Source of the DNA: a virus
Lineage: Duplodnaviria; Caudoviricetes
IMG/VR virus record: IMGVR_UViG_3300024331_000096
Location: 1-51,105 of that record
DNA: 51,105 nucleotides
Reading direction: 5' to 3' (one strand)
Below the pieces are notes generated by a model. That model was not told the origin of the DNA. It worked only from the letters and a program-made list of their open reading frames with translations, and searched no databases. Positions 7,771-14,925 of this stretch are shown piece after piece (the stretch's first letter is position 1; each line of letters begins with the position of its first letter). The position numbers and the translations under genes were made by a program.

Positions 7771-8798
7771 GAGATCTCCTTGTTGGTCTTGGCTGCGGCT
7801 TCGGGGTTGAGGGACACGGTGTCGGCGTGATTGGCTCCGGTGCGATAGCCCGCCGGGTTGAAGGGCGGAGGCTTGTACTTGGCGATGCGACCCCTCTTGA
7901 CAGTGACGGGCGCAGCGTCGGTCTCGATGGCCGGGGCGAACAGGTCCGGATTGTCCTTGCGGAAGAACAGCTTCAGGTCGTCCATTCGACTGCGAAGGAT
8001 GATGTCTGCTCCGGCGTGCCTACCCTCGCGGGCTTCGCGAAGTCTGGCGTTCAGCCTGTCGATGTATCCCTGGGCCGCGCTGAGCCGGAAGGTCTTGGCC
8101 CCGCCCGGAGGGATGCGCATCGGCTTCTCGCCACGGGCCTCACAGGCTCGCTTGTAGGCTGCCTCGTGTATAGCGACAGCCCGAGCGAAGGTGCGACGCT
8201 CGCCAGGGAACTGATCGTTCATGTACATGGCCTTGCTCGTGTCGCCCTCCTCCCTGGCGACCTGATACCAGCCGTACTCCTCGGCGATACCGATCCAGTT
8301 CAGCCCGGCGTTGTGCAGAATGTAGGCGTTGTCCTCGAGGGACTTGCGCGGGTCCGGCTTCGGCATGATCGCGCCGATCATGTGCAGGCGCAGGGTCGTG
8401 TACAGGATCTCGAAGTAGCGAACGTCCGACTCAAAGCCGTAGATCTTCGACATCCACATGCGCTCGGCGTAGTCGTAACGCGAGTACAGGCGGATCATGC
8501 AACGGCAGTGACGTGCCGTCATCTCGGCCAGCGTGCCGACATAGCCGGATACGTCAGAGGACGGAGCCAGGCTTACCTCGATCTTGCCGGGCCTCTGCCG
8601 CTGACTGACAGGTCTGGTCGACTCGGCCTGAGCCTCCGTGACCGCGTACTCCTCCATCAGCTTGTCAGCCATGGCCCGAGCTGTTGCCTGCTCGATCTCC
8701 GCGGCCTTGCGCTCGGCCGGAGTTGCCCCCTCGTGGATCGGCGCTTCCGCCTTGGCGACGAACTGCCGCACCCTCTTTAGGACCTGATTAAGCTCCAC
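7767..8798 (-). CDS. DUF2786-domain protein
   Basis: N-terminal VLKRVRQFVAKAE...EQATARAMADKLMEEYAV; central IYGFESDV; C-terminal AGYRTG. Confidence 0.75.
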   Translation of the reverse strand: MELNQVLKRVRQFVAKAEAPIHEGATPAERKAAEIEQATARAMADKLMEEYAVTEAQAESTRPVSQRQRPGKIEVSLAPSSDVSGYVGTLAEMTARHCRCMIRLYSRYDYAERMWMSKIYGFESDVRYFEILYTTLRLHMIGAIMPKPDPRKSLEDNAYILHNAGLNWIGIAEEYGWYQVAREEGDTSKAMYMNDQFPGERRTFARAVAIHEAAYKRACEARGEKPMRIPPGGAKTFRLSAAQGYIDRLNARLREAREGRHAGADIILRSRMDDLKLFFRKDNPDLFAPAIETDAAPVTVKRGRIAKYKPPPFNPAGYRTGANHADTVSLNPEAAAKTNKEIS

Positions 8799-9108
8799 TG
8801 ATCTCGCCTCTTTCTCGTATCTCCCTAGCTACTTCGCTAAGTGCGTCAGCCACTGGGCCGACGCTGTCGAAGTCCTGGGTGTCGCGATCCTTGGGCTGCC
8901 ACGACCACCCCGCGTCCCTCACGTCCCTCCAGCGGACGACGTCGCCGAGGTAGCGCCTGTCCTCCTCTTGCCAGTCGCCGATTGCCGGAGCCTTGTCGCC
9001 CTCGTACACCTCCCAGCGGGTAGCGTCCTTGCGGCCCGCAGCAGTGCTACGGCGCAGGACGATGCCCTCTGGAACAACGAAGGTGGACGTTCCCCTGTAA
9101 GGAGGCAT
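8788..9108 (-). CDS. Hypothetical protein
   Basis: GGGAGG RBS; typical codon usage. Confidence 0.6.
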   Translation of the reverse strand: MPPYRGTSTFVVPEGIVLRRSTAAGRKDATRWEVYEGDKAPAIGDWQEEDRRYLGDVVRWRDVRDAGWSWQPKDRDTQDFDSVGPVADALSEVAREIRERGEISGA

Positions 9109-9307
9109 GATGTCCGTGCCTCCCCTTGTATGCGCCGTCCACTGGCGTGGTCGTCGTCGGCGCAGGCTTCCAGTCCTCGCCCTCGCGAATGTCTGGCTGA
9201 CCAGACATGATCATGCCGAGCTGGATGTAGCCCAGCTCGATCGTTGTGATCTCGTCGATCATGTACGTGGTCTGGCCGGACACCTTCTCGGCTTTGATGA
9301 GCCTCAT
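9047..9307 (-). CDS. Hypothetical protein
   Basis: MRLIKAEKVSG start coupled to upstream stop. Confidence 0.5.
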   Translation of the reverse strand: MRLIKAEKVSGQTTYMIDEITTIELGYIQLGMIMSGQPDIREGEDWKPAPTTTTPVDGAYKGRHGHHASLQGNVHLRCSRGHRPAP

Positions 9308-9546
9308 GACAGTGGCCGATCGAACTGCTGGCCGTAGGTCTCGACGATGTGCTTGTTCAACGCTTCGTAGGCCGTACGCTTGTTCTTGTCGTTGCGGCCG
9401 GTGATCTCGTTGGCTAGGGCTAGGGTAGAGCGTCCGCGACTCGAGCGCCTCATGCCTGTCTCGATCTCGAGCCTCAAGGCTCGCAAAACAGTTGACTGAC
9501 GCAGTTCTTCGATCCTGTTCGGCGGGACTGCGATTGCGTCGTTCAT
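9304..9546 (-). CDS. Hypothetical protein
   Basis: GAGGA RBS; ALRLEIETGM motif. Confidence 0.6.
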   Translation of the reverse strand: MNDAIAVPPNRIEELRQSTVLRALRLEIETGMRRSSRGRSTLALANEITGRNDKNKRTAYEALNKHIVETYGQQFDRPLS

Positions 9547-9740
9547 GTCGGTTCCTCATCTGCTACGACAAGAAGCCAGAGCCACTCGCCGGGCTTGTCC
9601 TGATCTTCCGCCTCTGTGATGTCGAGGACTTCCTTCTCGCCGTACACGGTCTTGGCGATCTCCTCGGCCGCTTCGTCGCTGTCGGTCTCGATGATCCCGC
9701 CGCGCCAGCCGTTAGGGCTCCCGAGCTGGTACTTGGTCAT
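9543..9740 (-). CDS. Acidic hypothetical protein
   Basis: MTKYQLG start in a TGATG overlap. Confidence 0.55.
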   Translation of the reverse strand: MTKYQLGSPNGWRGGIIETDSDEAAEEIAKTVYGEKEVLDITEAEDQDKPGEWLWLLVVADEEPT

Positions 9741-9943
9741 CAGATCTCGTCCAGCGTGATCGGTGACATGTCCTCCGCAACGTCTGTAGGATTGCGGATG
9801 CCGTTGGCCAGGTCTTCCAGGACTCTGGCAACGTCCTTCCTGTCCAGGCCCTGCCCTAGTGCGAAGCGAGCCGCGAAGGTTGTGGCCCCTTGCAGGTGCT
9901 CGATGGTACAGGCTCGGAGGGATTGGATTACGATGTTGGTCAT
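9740..9943 (-). CDS. Hypothetical protein
   Basis: GAAAGGCGAGATCATG start motif. Confidence 0.6.
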   Translation of the reverse strand: MTNIVIQSLRACTIEHLQGATTFAARFALGQGLDRKDVARVLEDLANGIRNPTDVAEDMSPITLDEI

Positions 9944-9961
9944 GATCTCGCCTTTCGTCGC

Positions 9962-10055
9962 GGTGGCCCCGACCCATCTAACGAGCGACTGACACCCGGA
10001 TTCTCAGGCCGGAGGGAAGTGCCGCTCGCGCGATGCTTCCCCGGCCGGGGCCACC
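9962..10055 (-). other. Long stem-loop in 5' leader
   Basis: Minus-strand GGTGGCCCCGGCC pairs with GGTCGGGGCCACC (13 bp, one G-U); inner CGAGCGGC/GTCGCTCG. Confidence 0.55.
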
Positions 10056-10071
10056 AGCTTTCATTGTACCA
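10056..10071 (-). promoter_or_regulatory. Leftward extended -10 promoter
   Basis: TGGTACAATGAAAGCT, identical 16-mer at 11397-11412. Confidence 0.7.
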
Positions 10072-10096
10072 TGCTTCATGCGGGAGAGGCCAGCCC

Positions 10097-10411
10097 TTAT
10101 TTCAGCCAGTCGTCCATTGAGGAACGACCTGTGCCGGGATCGAAGTCTGCCAGTTCTCCTTTTCCATGGTAGCCTGGCTCGTCGGTCTCTTCGTCCGCTT
10201 CGATCACGCAGATGTCCTGAAGCTTGTTGTAGCGGATGTTGAGCTGGACATCTGCAGGCTTGTCGCAGATGTTGACATAACCGTGTACCACGAGGTCCTG
10301 GGTCAGGAAGTCCTTGCCTGCTTCCCAGTCGGCACGGACGTCTTTCTCGCCTTCTTCACCCGGCTTGTAGTCACGGCCGTATGCGGGAACGGCGCTGACG
10401 TACCTAGTCAT
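10097..10411 (-). CDS. Hypothetical phage protein (PAYGRDYK motif)
   Basis: PAYGRDYK...DWEAGKDF; AGGAGG RBS. Confidence 0.65.
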   Translation of the reverse strand: MTRYVSAVPAYGRDYKPGEEGEKDVRADWEAGKDFLTQDLVVHGYVNICDKPADVQLNIRYNKLQDICVIEADEETDEPGYHGKGELADFDPGTGRSSMDDWLK

Positions 10412-10743
10412 CGCGGCTTCCTCCTGTCGCCCTGCTTCTTCCAGTCGTAGGGCTGTTCTGGGTTGGGCACCTTGTCGTCGTGCGGATGCGGTCCTGTGGC
10501 GATCCTGGACGGGTAGTGCTCGACAGCTTCGTCCATGACGGCCAGGTACTCGGCCAGCTTGTTCTCGTCGCCGATGTCGCAGTACTCGCCGTTGAACTCG
10601 AGCTGGTTAGTGTCTGGGTTCCAGCTCATGATGACGGCGTGCTCGCCCTGCTCGTCGTAGACCAGCACGCCGCCCGCAGTAGGCGGACTGGACTGACGCG
10701 CCCAGACCGTGCGCTTGACGATCCACTCGTACTTGGTGTCCAT
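10408..10743 (-). CDS. Hypothetical protein
   Basis: Coupled overlaps; high GC3. Confidence 0.65.
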   Translation of the reverse strand: MDTKYEWIVKRTVWARQSSPPTAGGVLVYDEQGEHAVIMSWNPDTNQLEFNGEYCDIGDENKLAEYLAVMDEAVEHYPSRIATGPHPHDDKVPNPEQPYDWKKQGDRRKPR

Positions 10744-10916
10744 CAGAAATCGATCCTCAGCATCTTGTCGAGGTGACCGATCTCTTCGCGGTCCTCGTCG
10801 ACCAGCTCAGCTATCGGTGTGTTCTGGAGCTCGGCCAGACGAAGCTCTGCGGCGTGCTTGAGAGCGTTGGCCTCGGCAAGTGTGATCTTGAGGCCAAAGT
10901 TCTTGTCTGCTGCCAT
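10743..10916 (-). CDS. 57-aa hypothetical protein (not in ORF track)
   Basis: MAADKNFGLKITLAEANALK...LRIDF; GAAAGGCGAGATCATG start; TGATG overlap with next gene. Confidence 0.65.
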   Translation of the reverse strand: MAADKNFGLKITLAEANALKHAAELRLAELQNTPIAELVDEDREEIGHLDKMLRIDF

Positions 10917-10928
10917 GATCTCGCCTTT

Positions 10929-11045
10929 CTATTCTTGGTCTTGACAGTCGCTGCAACGACCGTCCCAATGACCCTTCATGGCCACGCCTGCGTCGCGGTC
11001 GTTCTCGTCTGTCTCTATGCCGCAGTCCGGGCAGAAAAGGATCAT
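10929..11045 (-). CDS. 38-aa Zn-ribbon protein
   Basis: MILFCPDCG...RCSDC. Confidence 0.5.
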   Translation of the reverse strand: MILFCPDCGIETDENDRDAGVAMKGHWDGRCSDCQDQE

Positions 11046-11058
11046 TTGTTCGGCCTGT

Positions 11059-11361
11059 TCAGCAGGACGGGTCGGTGCCGCCGAGAGACTGGCAGGTGCT
11101 GATGTCGGAGGGGTTGACGACGTTGCCGATCTTGGCGAGCTGAACTCCGATGATGATGCCGACGACAAGGGATACGGCGACGTAGATCCCCACGACCCAG
11201 GCGATGAACACGGTAGCTCCGCTGGTGCGGCGGGCGTGGTGGATCATGGCCTGACGGAACTGCTCGTCCGGAGTCTGGATGTGGGGAATGGTGTGCTGCG
11301 GAAAGATAGGCTCGGCTCGCTGATCGGCCGGTCCGTCGATGTCTGGATCGTAGGGCTTCAT
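11059..11361 (-). CDS. Single-pass membrane protein
   Basis: Long hydrophobic segment VFIAWVVGIYVAVSLVVGIIIGVQL; C-terminal Cys pair; first gene after a promoter. Confidence 0.65.
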   Translation of the reverse strand: MKPYDPDIDGPADQRAEPIFPQHTIPHIQTPDEQFRQAMIHHARRTSGATVFIAWVVGIYVAVSLVVGIIIGVQLAKIGNVVNPSDISTCQSLGGTDPSC

Positions 11362-11396
11362 CGCTTTGCTGCTTTCTCTAGGTGCGGCGTGGTGCT

Positions 11397-11412
11397 AGCT
11401 TTCATTGTACCA
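11397..11412 (-). promoter_or_regulatory. Leftward extended -10 promoter
   Basis: TGGTACAATGAAAGCT. Confidence 0.7.
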
Positions 11413-11430
11413 CACTCATGCACTGGACTA

Positions 11431-11667
11431 CTAGGTCTCTTCGTTTGACGACAACCCCGGCGGCTGGCCGTCGTCGTATGTGCCCGAAATTTCTATCTCG
11501 AAGTTTGGAAGTCCTTCGACACGCTTGTAGCCCGTGGGCTGCCAGTTATCTAGATCTCCGAGGAACTTCTCTTCGATTTCATCTGCGCGTATCTTCTCGC
11601 ACGTTGCGAACAGCGGGCAGCTAGGATCTTCGTAACAGAAGATTGAATCATAGCACCTCGTGTTCAC
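11431..11667 (-). CDS. Cys-rich hypothetical protein
   Basis: GTG start in a GTGA overlap; four N-terminal Cys. Confidence 0.55.
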   Translation of the reverse strand: MNTRCYDSIFCYEDPSCPLFATCEKIRADEIEEKFLGDLDNWQPTGYKRVEGLPNFEIEISGTYDDGQPPGLSSNEET

Positions 11668-12248
11668 CAGCCACCCGCTTCCAGCTCGCACTGCTCACAC
11701 ACGAGTCGTCCGTGTGCACAACGATGGTGACCGGGCAGCAGAGACACGAGCCAGCATGCGGGGCAGCGGTGCTTCTTCGGGTACGTACGTGTCATGGAGT
11801 TTGCTTCGTGGTCCTCCACTACCTGCGGCGGCAGACTCGGCACCCACATCTCCGCGACCCTGTTGCTGGTCTGCAGGAACCTTTCCCGAAGTGCCGCTAT
11901 CTCTTCCTCGCTGAGGGACAGATCGTCCCTAAACTGGAACACGTTGTACGACATGGTCTCGGGTTCTACGTTGCCGATGGCGCGGGTTAGCTCTCCTGTT
12001 GCCGGGTCGTTCGTATAGACGACATTGAGCTGACCCGCAATGAATTCTGTATCCCGATAGATGTCCTGGACCGACCCAGTGTCGTGCTGGATGATCTCCG
12101 TCTCCTCGCCCGTGTAGCCAGGAGCCTGAGTCTGGGCGTCTTCGTACTGCTGGCTGCGCAGCTTATCCACCTGCTCGCGTACCTTGCAGCTTCCTGGTCG
12201 GCAGACGTGCCACTGTATGCACTCGTTGCCGTCGTAACATCCGTTCAT
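11664..12248 (-). CDS. Hypothetical protein with Cys clusters at both ends
   Basis: Long ORF in an operon; CPAC...CxHG..CEQC. Confidence 0.6.
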   Translation of the reverse strand: MNGCYDGNECIQWHVCRPGSCKVREQVDKLRSQQYEDAQTQAPGYTGEETEIIQHDTGSVQDIYRDTEFIAGQLNVVYTNDPATGELTRAIGNVEPETMSYNVFQFRDDLSLSEEEIAALRERFLQTSNRVAEMWVPSLPPQVVEDHEANSMTRTYPKKHRCPACWLVSLLPGHHRCAHGRLVCEQCELEAGGW

Positions 12249-12249
12249 G

Positions 12250-12783
12250 TCAAGCCCATTCAGTAGCTTTCGGGTTCTGGTCTACTCCCATCCCAATGGA
12301 CTGGAGTCCGCTGGGGGTCCAGTAGTTGGACGCCTGCCGCTGCGGTCCAGTGAACAGGACAGTGACGAGGCGCGGGCTGACCCACATGATCGAGTGGGCC
12401 TCGGTGTGGCGCAGCCGATGCAGGCCGAATCGTCGGTGAGCGATCAGCTTCTTCTTGCTCAGGTCCTGCGGGTCGTAGTAGACCCACTCTGTATACGTGC
12501 CCCAGAGTTTCCCGGACAGGAAAGTCCTGGAGTGATCGTGCGGGAAGGGGCGGGAGGTATCGTCCATGTGGATGCGCGTGATCTCGCAGCCTGCGTACTT
12601 GGTGCGGAAGAGGATGAAGCGGGTGAGGAACCGCTCGCCGTCGATCTCTGACTTGTACGGCCAGTAGATGCGGATCTTGCCCTCGTGGTTCCTGCCAATA
12701 CCGAGGATGGCCCAGCTCGGCATGCCGCCGTGGCTGCGCTCGACTTTGTTGGTGACCTCAGACGGGGTCTTGATCTCGGTCAT
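12250..12783 (-). CDS. Cupin-fold (DSBH) metal-binding protein
   Basis: PHDHSRTFLSGKLWGTYTE...AHSI...TVLFTGP matches the HDHxxxFxS..GxYxE / H / GP cupin pattern; start reassigned after the AAGGAG RBS. Confidence 0.6.
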   Translation of the reverse strand: MTEIKTPSEVTNKVERSHGGMPSWAILGIGRNHEGKIRIYWPYKSEIDGERFLTRFILFRTKYAGCEITRIHMDDTSRPFPHDHSRTFLSGKLWGTYTEWVYYDPQDLSKKKLIAHRRFGLHRLRHTEAHSIMWVSPRLVTVLFTGPQRQASNYWTPSGLQSIGMGVDQNPKATEWA

Positions 12784-12791
12784 CATTCTCC

Positions 12792-13331
12792 TTAGTTGGG
12801 CCATAGCTTCTTTGCCAGCTTCGGATTTTGCCTGGCTCTGCTGAGCATCATCAGTGCATGCTTCGTCGCAGCCCTGATGTCTTTCTGGGTTCCGTACAGA
12901 CCTTGAGCCTTGAGTTTTTCGTCCTTTATCCTCAGACCCATGGACCTGTCTTGGAATGTGAGCGTAGCGTCCCCGAGCCACTGAACCGTGACACCCGAGT
13001 CCATGTGCGTCTGGTAGTACAGAAGCTGGAGCATAGCGTTGATGCGGGCCGGGCTCAGTGCCTCGGGATCGCTGCTCTTGAACATGGGATCGTTATACCA
13101 GGCCTCCGATACGATAGCTGGTCCGGTCTTGTAGTCCAGGCTCTGTACTTCACGTACGTACCTGGCGATGTTGAGTACCTGCTCGGGTTCTGGGCCGGCG
13201 AACAGCTTGAAGTCCATGTCCCAGATCTCCGGTATGTCATCTCCGAATATTGAGGCCCTCGGCACGGTAAGTCTGGCGATGCCTGTCTTGCCGCCAGGAT
13301 CGCAGCCGATGATGTGAAGGTGCGGTGTCAT
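12792..13331 (-). CDS. RuvC-like (RNase H fold) Holliday junction resolvase
   Basis: IIGCDPGGKTGIA, IVSE, DIRAATKHA; true start uncertain (ORF is open to 13598). Confidence 0.65.
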   Translation of the reverse strand: MTPHLHIIGCDPGGKTGIARLTVPRASIFGDDIPEIWDMDFKLFAGPEPEQVLNIARYVREVQSLDYKTGPAIVSEAWYNDPMFKSSDPEALSPARINAMLQLLYYQTHMDSGVTVQWLGDATLTFQDRSMGLRIKDEKLKAQGLYGTQKDIRAATKHALMMLSRARQNPKLAKKLWPN

Positions 13332-13582
13332 GTCTTGAGCAGCTCCTCTACCCTGAGACATTTCTTCTCGCATGGCTGTCCCGCGTGCCAGCCCGGACAG
13401 TCGCGACCAGGATAGAAGTAGCAGCGATAAGGCTGCTCCTCTAGCCAGTTTACTCCTCCTTTTCCAGATCCATGGTTGTCCGCCTTCCCACTGCTCGGAG
13501 TCCATGGGTGTGTTCTCGGTTATGTGCAACGGCGGGTCTACTGAACCGATTATCATGCCCTGTAGCCCGTCCAGATGCGGAG

Positions 13583-14113
13583 TCAGAATTGCACCCACCA
13601 GAGTTTGTCCTTTTCCGTGTTTATCTTGTCTAGAGGGAACTGTCGGCGGACAGCGAGCTGCACCTCGGTCCAGTTCCAGTCGTCACCGGCGAGGATACCG
13701 CCGGGTACGATGTGGTTCTTGAACGCGGTGATCTGGTTGGTGACCTCGGCGGTGGTGTGGCCTGCGTCCAGATACAGGAACCTGATCGCTCCGACCCAGT
13801 CGCTTGCGAAGGTTGTCCAGTCCTGCTGGTGGATGCAGATGTTGCCCTGCGTCTCCTCCATGATGTTCTGGACGAAGGTGCCGAAGTTGTTGCGGTCGGA
13901 TAGCTCCTTGGGAATGTCTGCACTTCCCAGCCAGTGATCGACGACATGTAGAAGATTCGGGTAGATAGCGTTAGCGATAGGGATGGCGCTGGCTCCCTGC
14001 CAGGTCCCTATCTCTATCACCTCCGCCTTGAGGATGTGGTTCGTAGAGGAGACAAGCTCTGCGAGCCTGTCTTGCTGCCAGGGCGATGTCCAGATTTCGT
14101 CGTAGTGTGCCAT
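13583..14113 (-). CDS. Class I SAM O-methyltransferase (Methyltransf_24-like)
   Basis: VIEIGTWQGAS, VVDHWLGS, FLYLDAGH, PGGILAGDDW...V..AV. Confidence 0.85.
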   Translation of the reverse strand: MAHYDEIWTSPWQQDRLAELVSSTNHILKAEVIEIGTWQGASAIPIANAIYPNLLHVVDHWLGSADIPKELSDRNNFGTFVQNIMEETQGNICIHQQDWTTFASDWVGAIRFLYLDAGHTTAEVTNQITAFKNHIVPGGILAGDDWNWTEVQLAVRRQFPLDKINTEKDKLWWVQF

Positions 14114-14631
14114 CAGTCCTCTTCCGCGTATTCGGGATACCAGGTTGCTGAATCAGTCCACGGATAACCGTCGTCTTCGTACTGTGGATCGTAGGTACGG
14201 CTCGGAATGCTTGTGTCGAGGTCGTCCTCGTCTGGGACGAGTGCGCACTGCGGACACGTGCAGTAGTGATACGGGTTGACCGCATACGAGTCCGCGACAT
14301 ACTGCCGCAGGGTGTGGGCCAGAGCGTCTAGCGCATCGTCCAGCGGCATCGTGCTGACCTGCGTAACGCGATCGGGGGTGCGGGTGCGATAGGCTTGACC
14401 TTCGACCTTGACGCGTGCCGAATCCCAGAAGTAGTCGTCTCCTGGCACTGGAAGCGGTCCGAGGAATTTGACGACCTCGGCGATTTGGATACGGGAGTTC
14501 TCTGCGGGAGTTCCGCCGAATTCCTCGAGTGCACGCAGCCACGTGCTCTTCGCGATGTCGTTTCGCAGACCTTCGTCTTCATAGACGTTCCGGTACATGG
14601 CAAAAATGACAATAAAAGTCTCAGGGGTCAT
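14113..14631 (-). CDS. Hypothetical protein
   Basis: First full gene of the leftward operon; AGGGA RBS; CTCPQC. Confidence 0.6.
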   Translation of the reverse strand: MTPETFIVIFAMYRNVYEDEGLRNDIAKSTWLRALEEFGGTPAENSRIQIAEVVKFLGPLPVPGDDYFWDSARVKVEGQAYRTRTPDRVTQVSTMPLDDALDALAHTLRQYVADSYAVNPYHYCTCPQCALVPDEDDLDTSIPSRTYDPQYEDDGYPWTDSATWYPEYAEED

Positions 14632-14660
14632 GGGCGTCCCTATTGCCCGCTCGTGTTCGT

Positions 14661-14755
14661 CATGATCTCACCTGCGCGGGGGCTAGATTAACCGAGCCGG
14701 GAGGTTGCGCGGTCCTCCCGGCTCGGGTCCTACACGAGCCGCCGGCGAGATCATG
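14661..14755 (-). other. Nested stem-loop leader covering a 7-codon uORF start
   Basis: Perfect 13-bp hairpin 14692-14726 inside a 12-bp outer stem 14661-14672/14744-14755 (G-U on minus strand). Confidence 0.6.
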
Positions 14756-14787
14756 GGACGCTGCGGCAGCGTGCGGGTACCCTGCCC

Positions 14788-14818
14788 ATTGTACCAGCCG
14801 GGCGGCCCGTGGTAAAAT
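14788..14818. promoter_or_regulatory. Overlapping divergent promoter pair
   Basis: Minus: TTTACC-17-TACAAT; plus: TTGTAC-18-TAAAAT; both with extended TG; located at the strand switch. Confidence 0.7.
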
Positions 14819-14925
14819 GGGTGGTTGGCTCTTCATGTAGTGACCTGGGGACCCGGATCTAGACCCTGTCCGGGTCCCCGACGACGAGCGCTGTGGCGGC
14901 GCTGCACTCCTAGAGCGGAGGTACG

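Noticed and set aside
7827-8780. Long antisense ORFs (also 22279..23139, 25914..26843, 27607..28518)
   Set aside because: Shadow frames opposite well-supported high-GC3 genes
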